Made by a program: the position numbers and the translations under genes
Notes under the pieces: model-generated
Seen by the model: the letters and a program-made list of their open reading frames with translations, nothing else
What the model was told of the DNA's origin: nothing
The model's database searches: none
In this document: one piece after another, positions 11,134 through 22,517 of the stretch
How positions within the stretch are numbered: position 1 is the stretch's first letter
Layout of the letters: each line of letters starts with the position of its first letter
Assembly: GCA_977018835.1 (NCBI GenBank)
Contig: OZ361259.1
Location: 2,852,001 to 2,916,000, forward strand
Reading direction: 5' to 3'
Source: Minutocellus sp. GHC0000111
Taxonomy: Eukaryota
Length of the DNA: 64,000 nucleotides

Positions 11134-11967
11134 ATGCCCCGCACCGCCCGTTCCTACGATTCTGCTTTTGCTTCCGATGCCGAGAGCGGCCAGACGCAGA
11201 ACAAGGCCACGTCAATCTGTGAGCTGTCCTCGTACGAGAAGCTCAACAGCGGTGGCCCAACCGATCAGGGCGAGGGTACCGGAAACAGCGATGTTAGAAG
11301 TGGTACCTCTAGGTCTTCGGCCTCCTCGTCGTCCTCCGACGAATCGACCGCCAAGGCCCCCAACCCGGACAAGAACAAGAATCGAGTCAGCCTCGGTGGA
11401 GCCGGCCGTCATACCAAGCGCCTGGTCGATATGAAAACGGCTGCCGCCGTCGCCACGGTCCACAAGAGCGGCAGCGTCGGCGCCAAGAAGGTCGCTGCTG
11501 CTGCCAACTCAACTGCCAAGAAGAGAAAGGGCAACGGTGGCCGCCGTTCCGCCAGCGGCAACATTGGTAGCGCCAAGAAGAAGGGCAGCACGGAGACAAA
11601 GACGAAGAAGCGAGTGGCTGTGGCAGCCGCCACCAAGAAGCGCAAGAAGCAGTCCGCCACCGACGCCAAGGCCAAGGCCAAGGACCAGGATGCTGCCGCC
11701 CCCAAGCCTCCTGCCAGCGTGGCCATGCCCGGCCGACTCGTTCGTATCAGCGACTACCGCCGTCGGATGGAACCCTCGCCCATCTCGTCGCCGATTCATC
11801 GCGTCAACCTTACCTTCACCCCCGAGGCCATGGAGGCTGCTGACAAGCAGGAGCAGAAGAAGGGCAAGGGCAAGGAGACGACGGATACTACCTCGGGTGC
11901 GATCAAGAAACGCTCGGCCGCCATGGTCAGCGGTGGTACCGGCCGATTCAACATCAAGCAGGAGTAG
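11134..11967 (+). CDS. Lys/Ala/Ser-rich low-complexity basic (probably nuclear) hypothetical protein
   Basis: Long ORF with GC3-rich codons, ATG in ACCATG context at 11134 and several KKRK NLS-like clusters. Confidence 0.55.
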   Translation: MPRTARSYDSAFASDAESGQTQNKATSICELSSYEKLNSGGPTDQGEGTGNSDVRSGTSRSSASSSSSDESTAKAPNPDKNKNRVSLGGAGRHTKRLVDMKTAAAVATVHKSGSVGAKKVAAAANSTAKKRKGNGGRRSASGNIGSAKKKGSTETKTKKRVAVAAATKKRKKQSATDAKAKAKDQDAAAPKPPASVAMPGRLVRISDYRRRMEPSPISSPIHRVNLTFTPEAMEAADKQEQKKGKGKETTDTTSGAIKKRSAAMVSGGTGRFNIKQE

Positions 11968-12294
11968 TCTAAACAGCGGGTGCGTCAACTTGGGTCAAAT
12001 CGTGGACAGGCAGAGAGGATAAATGAACGCAGAAAGGGTACCCCGTGTGCCAAGATAGCTAGACAGACAGAGACCAGCAGGAGAGTGTAGTGATAATCTC
12101 AATCGTTAGAATTTTTCTTTATGTTATGAACGCGTTTGGGCCCATTGTGGTTCATTGTTCTTAATTGTGAAATGACATATATAAGTGACAGTACCTTTGG
12201 TTGTTCGTTGCGTTGTAGCTTCAAGGCGCCCGAGAACAAATTGAGTTGATCCACTTGTATTTACAAAATAAATGCACGCCAAATTTTCTCCTCC

Positions 12295-14929
12295 TTAGGC
12301 CTGCTTTCCACCAAAGGGATTGTACTGCGGAGTAGTACCGCCGGTGCCATCGGCGGGAGCCAAAGCCATCGGCGGTGATCCCCCATTGCTGCCTGAAAGC
12401 TTGCTTTGGGAGTTAGCCATGGCCGACAGCAGCGACGACGGAGGGGTGGCACCCTCGGCCTCGTGCTGAGCCAGCTGAGCATCGCCCATTGCCATCATCT
12501 CGCCGGTGGGGAACGACAGACCTTCGCCGCCGCCAGCAGTGGGGAGGAAGCCACCAGCGCCAAAGACATCGAGCGCCGCTGGCATCGGAGCAAGACCGGC
12601 CTTGTTCATCTGCTTCTGCTGGGCAATCTGCAGCTCGAGCTGCTGCTTCTGCAACCGGAGTCGCTGGATCTCAATGAGCTTGATCTTGCGTTCCTGCTCC
12701 TGCGTCAGCATGGCAAAGTCGATGCCCCTGTAGGGGATGGGCTCGAATGCCGCCGCCCCGAGGCCCTGTACCAGACTTGCGGCGATGGGATTAGTATTGT
12801 TCGCCTGAGCAGGAATGGTGGGAGCAGCAGCGTTGGCAGGCATCGGAGTACTGTTGGAACTGTCACCACTAGCTCTGGCATCGTTGAGCGGCGCCGCAAA
12901 GGTTGGAAGTTGCTTTTGCTGATGCTGGGCGGTGACGGCGACGGTATCGTTGAGCGGTGCCGTAAAGACGTCGCCGGCCATCAAACCCTGCTGCTGTCCG
13001 ACGGCGGCCGTCTGATCCAGATGCATCTGCACCTGCTGCATCTGGGCCAGCATCTGCTGCTGCTCTGCGGAGGGCATGGGCGTCAGCGACTGAGCCTGTA
13101 CTTCGGCCGACCCGTCCTGCTGATCCATCCGGCGTCGCTTGGCCGCCTCCTCGATGGCATGATGACTCTGGCCGACCTGCTCGGTGCCACCCGAAAAGAG
13201 ACCGACGGAGAGGGAGCGAAGGTAGGCATTCTCGGCCGGGTTGGGGTGGAAAATGACGGGCACGACGTTGCCCTGACCGTAGTCGATCTCCTCGTTGCCG
13301 AACTGATCCTTGAAGATGAGCCTGTGAAAGTTAGGGCAAAACGAGAAATTATACGAGGGTGGCAAGGTGTATGTGAGATGAGAAGTTTGAGGATTGCATT
13401 GGAAGGATAAATAGTATACTTGGCAAGAAAGCATCCGTCCATATAACATAGCAGTACATGTAAAGAACTCACTTCTTCAGCTCCGGGGCCCGCTGCCTCA
13501 GTGCCTGACTGATCTTCTCCTTGGCGGTAGTGTCGTCCACCTCGTACCACCCGGTCCCGACCAAGCTGTCGTGAACGTCGCTTTCTTCTGCATCCACCAC
13601 CTCCTTGACCTTCTTCTTGCCCTTGCCAGAATTGGCCGGAGCCTTCTTGAGAAATTGTCCACCGTGCCGGTCGTGAATCTCGTTGAGAATCTGCTGGGTG
13701 ATGTGGGGCTTGTCGTTCTTCCGGGCCTTGAGGTACGATCGTCGATGGGCGTTGATCAAGTCGCGAAAAATCTTGTTTCCGACGTGGACGTTGGTACCGC
13801 CGCCCCGACCAAAGAGCACGTCGGAGGGCTGCGGGGTGCGGATGAGGTCGGAGGGGGAGGTGGGTGGATGCCTGGTGCCGGTAGACTTGCGGGAGGGCTT
13901 TTTGTTAGAGGTAGACTCGAATCCGGTAAGGTTGGGCAACGACCGGCTCATCCCACTACTACTACCGCCCTCATTGCCGCCATCGCCGTTATTGTCGTAG
14001 TCGATCCTCTGCCTCTTGCTTGTGCCTTGACCTCCACTACCCATGGTACCCCGATGATGATCGTCACCACCCCCCATGGTCATCATCATGGAGTCGGGCA
14101 GCTCACTCAGACTGGCGGTACCGGGCAGTTCGGGCGTGGGCGGACCCCCCAGCCTGGTTTGCAGGTCGAGGGTCGACATGCCCAACGAACCAATACTGTC
14201 GTGGAAGGAGGGACGATGGGTTCTTCTTCCGCTGCTTGCATTGTCAAAGCTGGAGGAGTTAGGGTGGGCGTTACCGACGTTGGTATTGGAGTGGATGCCG
14301 GCCAGGATGCTCTCGGTGACGCTGGTACGGCTGTTGCCGAACTGACTCGAAGCGGAGGCCGCAGCCGAGATAGCTGAGGTTGTCGAGTTGGTCAGCTCGG
14401 AAACCCGTGCTGGCTGACCTTGAGTCTGACCTTGAATCTGCTGAACCTGCTGCGTTTCCTGGTTGGCCGACACGAGATTGAACACCGCGGCCCGCGCCCC
14501 GGCGTCGGTGGTGTAGTCGGCCTTCTCCTCCTCCCTCTTGGTCTCCTCGACCTCAGCCTTGAACTCAGCTGCTGCTTCCGCCAAAGTCTCACTGGCAGTA
14601 TGATTGTCCTCGTCGAGGAGGTGGAACGACGCATCGCCGTCGCTCTCCTCTTCCTCATGGCCGCTGCCGTTCGAGCTGCCGTTGGAGTTCGTGGTGGGCG
14701 GAGAAAGCCGGGCATCGTCGACGCCTTTACTTGTATTAGCTCCTCCAGTTTCAGTTCCACTGCCTTCGCCGCCGGCAGCTGCGGTGGTGGTAAATATTCC
14801 GGAAGTTTCGCCCTCAGCCTCGGCGTCGAATGGTTCGGGAGTGCCGGAAATTTCCCCGGAGGGGGCCGGGGGCAGGTCCATGTGGTTCATGTTGTGGAGC
14901 ATGTTGGGCTCGTCTTCTTCGGGGTTCAT
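12295..14929 (-). CDS. DUF6824 domain protein with Gln-rich C-terminus; 2 exons (14929-13473, 13321-12295)
   Basis: PQPSDVLFGRGGGTNVHVGN..FR...GGQFLK...WYEVDDTTAKEKISQALR is the diatom-expanded DUF6824 pattern. A phase-2 intron GTGAGT(13472)...CACAG(13322) restores the frame. Confidence 0.88.
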
Positions 14930-15910
14930 CGTGGCAAAATAATAACGGCACGATATGTGCTTGTTTTTGCGTTTTTTCGTACGATTTCCCCAAACGCTCG
15001 AAGCTCAACTCAACGGTTTCTCTTGATAAAAGACTCCAAATGCGAAGCAACGAATAATCAGATTTACCGAACCGAGACCACGCCCAGACGCAGGCAGAAG
15101 TCCGACGATGCTGGCGATAATACTTTGTGCTGAACGGGCTGTATTGTCCGTCGGGGGGCTGCTGTATCAGTACCGAGCACGTTTGCGCTGTGTGCGACGT
15201 TCAAGATGACTCTTTTGTGTGTGTGGTCCGTCCAGCCCTAAAGTTCCGGCTCTTTCTCCTTCTCGACCGCGAAGAAAGATACGTGCGTGTTGTTCCAAGT
15301 CCAGCGGTGAAAGAGATGATACCGGTGAGAGTTCACGAGATGCCGTTGGCTATTTATTTTCAAGAGCTGGCGTTGGGGAATGGGGGCGGCGTCTTTCGTT
15401 TGTCAATTGACCTCACTATGCAAGTCGATGTGGCAATCACGTCAAAAACTGCATGGAGCGTTGACGTGGTGCGAATGGGGGGGGAGAAGGGGCCGATGAA
15501 GCATCTGGGCCAGTGTGCGATGAGAACGTTTATTATGTACCTACGTAGGTACACAATACAGGGCTGGGATGAAAAGTTTCTGACGACGAGCGAGAGGGAA
15601 CATCGAGGAACACTCCGCCGATAAGCCTTACAATTGCCCCATACAGAGTTGACGCGCAACGGCGTCAGATGGAAGGTCCAAAGAGGCATTGGGGGGAATT
15701 CGGGGGAACAATGGTCCCTGTACGTCTATGCGAAATGTTGGCGCATACCTACTAGCTAGGTAACACCAACGCAATGGCGCATAACACCAAAGCAAATGCG
15801 TAACACAGTCAATAATCAGCCAACTGCAAGAGCAGGATGCATTTCTACACACAAGGGCAGCGAGGGCGAAGTCGTTGTGCAGTCTTGGATAGGAATTTAT
15901 CAAAAGCACT

Positions 15911-16576
15911 ATGTGTCGATATCCTTTTTCCTCGCCACTTCTACGTGTAGGAATCCTACTACTACTAGTACTTTCATCGTTCATGTTCGGACTGGTCTCG
16001 CCTTTCCCTGGCAGTAGTAGTGAAAAGCCCAATTCTTCCACGTCCGGCGAAGCTGACCACTCCTGTTCGCATTATATGTGGTGTCCCGAGCTAAAACGGT
16101 GCATCCCACACTGGAAAGAAACCTGTCCCATTCGAAGCGACGTCGAATTCTCGGGAGGGACCAGACTGAGCTGCCGCCGCTGCCGCCAAGGAGCAAGGTG
16201 CGCTGCCCCGCAGGACAACATGTGCAGCTGGCACTGGGACGATGACGAAGACGATGTGTATGGGGCCGTGTTCGCAACGTACTACTGGACCGACCTCAGT
16301 GGGCATTTCTACATTCCGAAGCGCTGCACCGGCATAAAGTGCAGCGGGTGCCATCTGAGCGAGGACGATTCCTGGGCCGACCGCTGGCGGATGTACATGT
16401 TGGATCGACGCAACGTCGACCCTGTCTATATCGCTATAGATGTCGTCATTCGTTTACTACCGTGGGTCATCGTCCCCGTCTGTCTTTGGCGCTGCGGGAT
16501 GCACAGAAAAATAGCTCCTCGGAGAATTCGCCACGCCATCATCACAAGAAGTGTCCGACCGGCCTTCGATGTTTAA
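15911..16576 (+). CDS. Cys-rich membrane protein, paralog A (N-terminal hydrophobic segment, WCPELKRC..W.ETCP motif, C-terminal TM)
   Basis: Intact 221-aa ORF, highly similar to 26995-27762 at both DNA and protein level. Confidence 0.65.
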   Translation: MCRYPFSSPLLRVGILLLLVLSSFMFGLVSPFPGSSSEKPNSSTSGEADHSCSHYMWCPELKRCIPHWKETCPIRSDVEFSGGTRLSCRRCRQGARCAAPQDNMCSWHWDDDEDDVYGAVFATYYWTDLSGHFYIPKRCTGIKCSGCHLSEDDSWADRWRMYMLDRRNVDPVYIAIDVVIRLLPWVIVPVCLWRCGMHRKIAPRRIRHAIITRSVRPAFDV

Positions 16577-17344
16577 CATCGTGGCTTGGGCAAAGTAGTC
16601 GGGTAAATCACGATGTCTCAGTTACGACGGATTGGTGGACCTTACCTCCATTGTTTTGAATTGGACTTTTGGGGTGGAAAGGGATCTGCTAGAAATATTA
16701 TTGAGGGTCAGCGATCAATCGAAGCTCTCGTAAAAACTGATGCTCAGGAAAGGAAATGATTTTTAGGGTGGAGGCCGATCCTAAGTCTTTGGTTGAATAG
16801 ATTTTGAAACCAAAATAAAAATTAATGTTTGTGAAAATTATTAAATACCCGAGGAACATTGGCATTGGGTAGAGTAAATGGCTATTTTAGATACTGCAGA
16901 TTGAAATCTGAATTAATTTTTTGATCCGTTCATAGTGTGAACACTTTCTGTGCGTCTTTGGACAGCTGAGGACATGCTGGTTCTGGGAAAAATTGCCCGG
17001 TGAAATTATTCGATGCCTACCCTGAGATGTCAGGGATTTTGTTTGGAGCTCAAATCTGCCGCCATCATCGATGAGTGGCAAATTAAGATACTGCTAGTAA
17101 AGCCGCTAACAATACATCAATGCCCCTATTCATAGTAACCAATGTCCCTATTACTTGTTACTAGTAGTAGTCACTATGGGAGAGGGCCCTGACAACAAGC
17201 AGCATCTTAAATTGATCAGTGTCTTAAAAAGCCATCTACTCTAGTGGTAGGTTGATGAGATTAGGCACATGTAACTAATGTAGCGTGTAGCCCTACATGT
17301 AGAGCTAGCAAGCGACGTGCGACATGTAGCTACGCAGTACCGAT

Positions 17345-17453
17345 AGCATCATTCCATTCCCTCTTCCTTTCCTACCTCCTTGCTTCCAGCGACATTGCCC
17401 GATTTATCGAGCAACTGCTCGAGCTCAAAAACTTCTGGCGAGACTCTCTTCTC
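17345..17453 (-). pseudogene. 3' fragment of the zf-DNL gene (duplicate of about 27962-28065)
   Basis: agcatcattccattccctc...gatttatcgagcaactgctcgagctcaaaaacttctggcgagactct aligns with 27962-28060 and encodes RVSPEVFELEQLLDK. Confidence 0.75.
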
Positions 17454-17533
17454 ACATACCGGTAGGTCTACATGTAGGCTAGCTACTAGCTAGAGGATAT
17501 TGGCGGACGGCGAGCGAGCGAAGCTTGCTACTA

Positions 17534-20500
17534 CCAAGTGCGTGTCGATCTGGCGACGCCAGCGAGAAATTTTCGCGCAGGAGTGACAAGAGAGAGCGGA
17601 AAAATGTCTTTTACTGGCATGGCCGGCTCTCCACTACTTAATTTAGCACATTTTGGGCGTCTTTGACCGTTTTTTTTGCTTGCCCGTCTCGTTTGCCTCT
17701 CTCTTCATGGCAAAAGGTCGTTGCTTTGCATGGTCGTTTATCACGAAATGTTGTCCAACCGATCGGACTTTCCCTCATCGATTAGTTCAAGATATGTTGA
17801 GCAACGTGTGATGTTCGCCGCCTTCATCGATCGCGCTCCTTGCGAATCCAGCGGCGTCGGGATCGCCCTCCAAATCGACACATTCCCGCCCAAATCTCTC
17901 TGACACAGTAAAACTTTTATACGGCTCTGAAGATTTTCAATGTTCATCAGCCAATCATCGTCCGACCATCCAAGCATAAAGAACGAGAACGAAACGATAC
18001 CGCTTGCCCCTCCTCCCATTTATGCCAAACTCCTGCAGTTATTCTCAAATTGGCGCTTGCGCGTTGGCTATCCCTGGCTCGGCCGGCCCTCCCGCCAATG
18101 ATCGGTGCACAAAATGTGGCGCATCGTTCCACCACTGCTGTCAAGTGTAGCACTTCCAAAGATACGGCAAAGAGAACGCAAACTTGCGCTGCCACAAATG
18201 CTTCGTGGCCGATATAAACAACACGACCAATCTCAGCGACAAAAACCTTGCAGACATGCATTTATCCAGGGGTGATCTCCTCCCATGGCCTCCTACGTAT
18301 TTTTGGTCGCCAGCAGCCTCCAACAACGCTCGTTCATCCCGCCGTCCAACAACGTCTGCACGGGCCGCATCGCAATCAAATAATGCCAATACCTCACCCT
18401 CGTCGAACGTGACTCGAACGCCATCGACTCGCCCGGCCATTGTGTCTCCTGCTCGTTCTCCGCCTTCTCCGCCTTCTCTGCCGACTGGTACATCGACTGA
18501 TACGTCCTCTCATCCATCGTCGTCGCCAGCACCGGCGCAAGTGCAGCGATCCCAACAGTTGGATGCCGAGAAAGCGAAGGCAGCCGAAGACATTGCGAAG
18601 AAGGCGGCCAAGAAGGCACAGGTCGCGGCGGAGAAAGAGCGCGAGAATAAAAGCGCATATGCCTTGAATATGAAAGGAAGGAGCATGCAAAACAAAGAGG
18701 CACCGTCACTTCCATCACTACGCCGCCGAAGGGGAAGAAGACGAGCAACTATGTGCCGGGCAAACCCCTCCTCCAAAAAGGCGATACCGTGAGGGTTTCA
18801 TCAGACTACAGCCCATACAAGAATTCTCCCGGCGGTGATGGAATCGTTACAGATGTGAAAGGCTCCGGTGGGAAGCTGACGGTGGATGTGCAGTATGACG
18901 CCATCGCAGCCCAGAAATTTGAGCATGATGTTCCCCTTTTCCGCCTCACTCGAATTCGATCAGCCACATCTTCTGCTCCAATCATCCACAACCCCCCAGC
19001 TCGTGCAGCTATCAAAAGGACTCTCGCCAAGATGCATTAGGAGATGACAAGGACGATGGGGGAACGGCCTCTAGTCCGCCGGCGAAACGGCAGTGCCGGA
19101 AAGACGGAGGTCAGATTGTAACTGAGCTCATGAAAAAGAATGGTGGAATGAATCTTTGCAGAGGATGGAGAGCTGATAGCATGGGCCTATCAAGGGACGA
19201 CCCTGATTTTGACACTGCAATTGCTGCTGTGGACTGTGGTGCTGTGGCATCTGCTGCTGCCATGCGCAAGACCCTTGGAATGGCAACCCTTCCAGCGACG
19301 AAAGATCCCCTCGCAATAGTGAATCTCGCCCACGCATATGGAGTTGAGCGGCACCACCCCAAAGATGCGTACGATCGCCTCATGATACCACAGAAGGCCG
19401 AGCGAAGAGCAGAGGCGAAGAAGGAAAGCAAGAAGCGAAAGAGAAAGGAAAGAGGGGAGGAGCCCGGAGCGAAGAGGGTCAAATTTCTTTCTGTGATCGA
19501 AGACTATGATCATGCGCGCTCGATGCATACTCCAGTATATTTTTATGGAGAGCATTTGCTACAGAAGGCATCGGCGGAGGCCGCTGAGAATTGCTACCTC
19601 TTGGATTCATCTGCGCAGGGAGACATAAGGAAGATGGCGCGCGAAAAGTTCCAATACCTTACCGCAGACAACAAAGAGCCATTCAACTTTCTTTCTCGGT
19701 CGGCCATCGCTAGACAGCCTGGAATTCGAGATGAGATTATTGCAATACTTCTCAAGGATCAGTCCAAAAGTTGGCAGGATGTTGCAGATGACATTGACGG
19801 TTGGTGCAGTGCAAGGACGATTGATCGGTGGTTTACTTCGCATTGTGGAGCTACATACGGTGCAGAAGCAATGTTGCCTTTGCTTACAAAACAGCTCAGA
19901 TGGCCGAGCATGTCCGATTTGCGAAGCATTTCCTCAATGGCTGGGGGAGAGAAGCCGAGCCTACTATTCTTGTGCATTACGATGAAAAGTGGTTCCATGG
20001 GTACGTCGGAAGGCGCAACAACAAAATCTGCGAGGCTCTGGGCCTTCATCACCCAATGAATTTTTGTCAGCATAAGTGCCACATTCCGAAGATTATGGTG
20101 GTTGCTTTCACTGGGTATGCTTATGGCGGTAACATCGAGGATGGCGGCGACGGCTTGATGCTTGGTCTGTATCGATGCATGGCAGGCCGAATGGCGCAGA
20201 AGAATCAGCGTGCTGGTCGGAAGGACGATGAGGGTCGGCAGCGCTACGATGGAGAGCTGATTCGTGAGAAGTGTAGGCCCTACGTTGTTGATGCTACGGT
20301 GAAGGGTGTAAGTAGCGGGACTTCGACTAATCCTAGCTTTTCTCTTCGAGAGATATTTGAACATCAAATTATCCCTCTTTTAGAGAAGTTAGTTGGTCCT
20401 CCCGCTACTTGTGGTGACAAAGAAAAGTATCAGGAGGAGAAGCAACGATACGAGGCTGATCCTGAAAACAATTCCCCGCCCATCGCTGATCCAAGTCTCT

Positions 20501-21415
20501 ATGGAAAGTACCAGAACTATGGCGTAGTTGTTCAAGGCGACAATGCCGGTCCTCACCGCGAGGGCAATTTCCAGGCATGGTGCAAGGAGCAATGCCAGAT
20601 AAGGAGCCATTGGTGTTGGGAGCCCCAGGCTGCTCAGATGCCCTACTCGAACAATCTTGACTTGGCCGTCTTCCCCTGCATGTCTAAAATCCACTCTCAT
20701 TTGCTGAAGGAGGGCGGGGAGAAGGCCATCGGAAACAACGATGCAATATGGAAGCGATGCCAAGATACATGGAGCGATTTGACATCGGAAAAAGTCGCTC
20801 ATGGATACGTGTTGGCGAAACGAATTCTAGAAAGAGTGGAAGAAAATGGCGGCGGCAACGAGTTCTTGCGAAGTTGTAAGCCAACGGCCCAACAAGGACA
20901 AAACGTCCGAGGCGACTTCATCGCAACCAAGGACGGTATCGCCCCTCGCTCCAAGAAAGCTTAGATTGACATTTTCACTTAGATTTATTATGTTACTAGC
21001 TTGCTTTGATGCATTTGGTACGTGTAAAAAAACTCAAACCTCGTGTGTTTGCTGGTAAAACTGGCTGATGCTGAAGCTGTGCTGTGTCATCCTACACGAG
21101 TGACTCGAACACGGCGAACATATCAAAAAGTACATAAAGGTTGATAGTTTTAACGGTGATAGTTACATGTAGTGCGACACCTCGGTAACATTCATAACTT
21201 TGCATCAAACTTGCCTTATTGACTCGAATTCTCAAATAAATAGTTCTCCAGTTCAGGCAAATTTTATTTTTTTGTTTTTTGAGTAGCACAAAACTGTCGT
21301 TCCAAAACAAAAATTATGGAAAACATTCTGAGAAATGAGATTTTGTAGGTATTTCTTCGGACTTTCCGATTTCTGGGCGAAAACGTCGCTGGCGTCGCCA
21401 GATCGACACGCACGG
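17534..21415 (+). mobile_element. Tc1/mariner-superfamily DNA transposon, DD39D (plant-mariner-like) type, about 3.9 kb, degenerate
   Basis: Perfect 28-bp inverted repeat gtgcgtgtcgatctggcgacgccagcga at 17538-17565 and 21386-21413. Termini are CC/GG with flanking TA (17532-33, 21416-17). The left TIR has a 2-nt insertion. Confidence 0.88.
18184..20964 (+). pseudogene. DD39D transposase with long N-terminal extension, split by at least 3 frameshifts
   Basis: Catalytic motifs VHYDEKWF, VQGDNAGPH and PQAAQMPYSNNLDL, with 39 aa between D2 and D3. HTH-like SWQDVADDIDGWCSARTIDRW. The pieces 18184-18792, 18753-19040, 19130-20059 and 19828-20964 overlap. Confidence 0.82.
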
Positions 21416-22514
21416 TACCGTAAGTGCGGTAGGCGGTAAGGATGGCTTTGGCTGTTCGTGACGGGATTGGCTCGGCGATGATGGCGTTGGCGTCGTATGC
21501 GTAGACGACGAGGAGGTATTTGTTACCTTTGGTCGATGGGACTGGCAGGGCGCCGGTTTGGTCGGAGAAGGTCTTGCCGGTGTAGGTGAAGATGGAAGCG
21601 TAGACAGCGTTGCAGACGTCGATCGACTTTGGAATGATGATATCCTCGTCTGTTTCAAGCTCGTCGTCGAATGCGATGGGGTCAAGAAACGGTGGGGATT
21701 TGTCCAGATCGGTGGATAGAATACCTTGTCGGCGTTGGTCAAGATGGCCTTTGATCGTTGGGATTGATTTTTCGAGGTGCCGGCGGACTCTGGCGCTGGT
21801 GAGGCTAGGCCACGTGGTGTAATGGCCATTGTCAATTGCTTTGCACCAGGTTGATGTGACCGGGGATCCTGCCGAGGCGTGGTAGAATTTGATCATGTCA
21901 CCGATAGACTCATGGGCGTATGCAGATGCGGCGATGAGGGGACCTGGCCGCTTGGAATCCGGTAGGTGGACGCGGAGGCTGACTTCCTGTGGACGAGGAC
22001 GGGCGGGGGTGCGGGCGGGGACGATGGACAGCTGCTGGGCCTTGGGTGAAAGGGAAACGACGTAGAGGTCGGTGGTTGGATCTCGTCCTCCATGAAGGAC
22101 GATGGGGCCATTGGCAGGATATGTGACGGTGACAGAATTGCGGTCAAAGTAGACGCCGCAGCCATGGTTGCAGAGCTGGGGAACGGAGATGAGGTTGAAG
22201 GTGAGTTCCTGGAAGATGTCAGCTTGGCATGCGGCTGATGGGATACCTGGGAGGGCGATGCGCCCGTGGTGGGTGCTTGTGAGCGGTGTGCCATCTGGTT
22301 GGTAGATGGTGATGCCAGGGGATGCGACTTGTTGGTCTTGGCAGGGAGCGTCGATGCCGAGAAAGTTGCGAGTGGCGCCGGAGTCAACGACTCCGTGGGT
22401 CTTTCTTTGCGTAAGAGAAAGAGTAGACGTAGGCGGGGAGGGGGCAGAGTTAGCATAATTCGTGTTAGTAGTTGATGCTACGGGATTATTGCGATCTTCT
22501 GCCGTCCCTCCGTT
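21416..22514 (-). CDS. pol: Copia Pol fragment (protease + N-terminal integrase), in frame with gag after the UGA
   Basis: The protease Asp codon at 22385 is in frame with both gag (difference 1350 nt from 23735) and the 21896 ORF (difference 489 nt). The frame is open from the UGA to the mariner TIR. Confidence 0.8.
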
Positions 22515-22517
22515 TCA
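22437..22517 (-). promoter_or_regulatory. Candidate stop-codon readthrough signal: UGA + extended 3' stem-loop
   Basis: 5' arm GGAGGG(AC)GGCAGA (22511-22498) pairs with 3' arm UCUGCCCCCUCC (22448-22437). Inner pairings are GCA(A)UAAU/AUUAUGC and GUAG/CUAC. Confidence 0.6.

Noticed and set aside
15127..15624. 165-aa ORF upstream of the DUF6824 gene
   Set aside because: It has a GTG start, no motifs and non-coding-like composition, and lies in a divergent promoter region.
19880..19900. Programmed -1 frameshift between the two transposase ORFs (IS630-like)
   Set aside because: Only an A4 run is present, with no X-XXY-YYZ heptamer. The element has other frameshifts and a damaged TIR, so simple decay or error is more likely.
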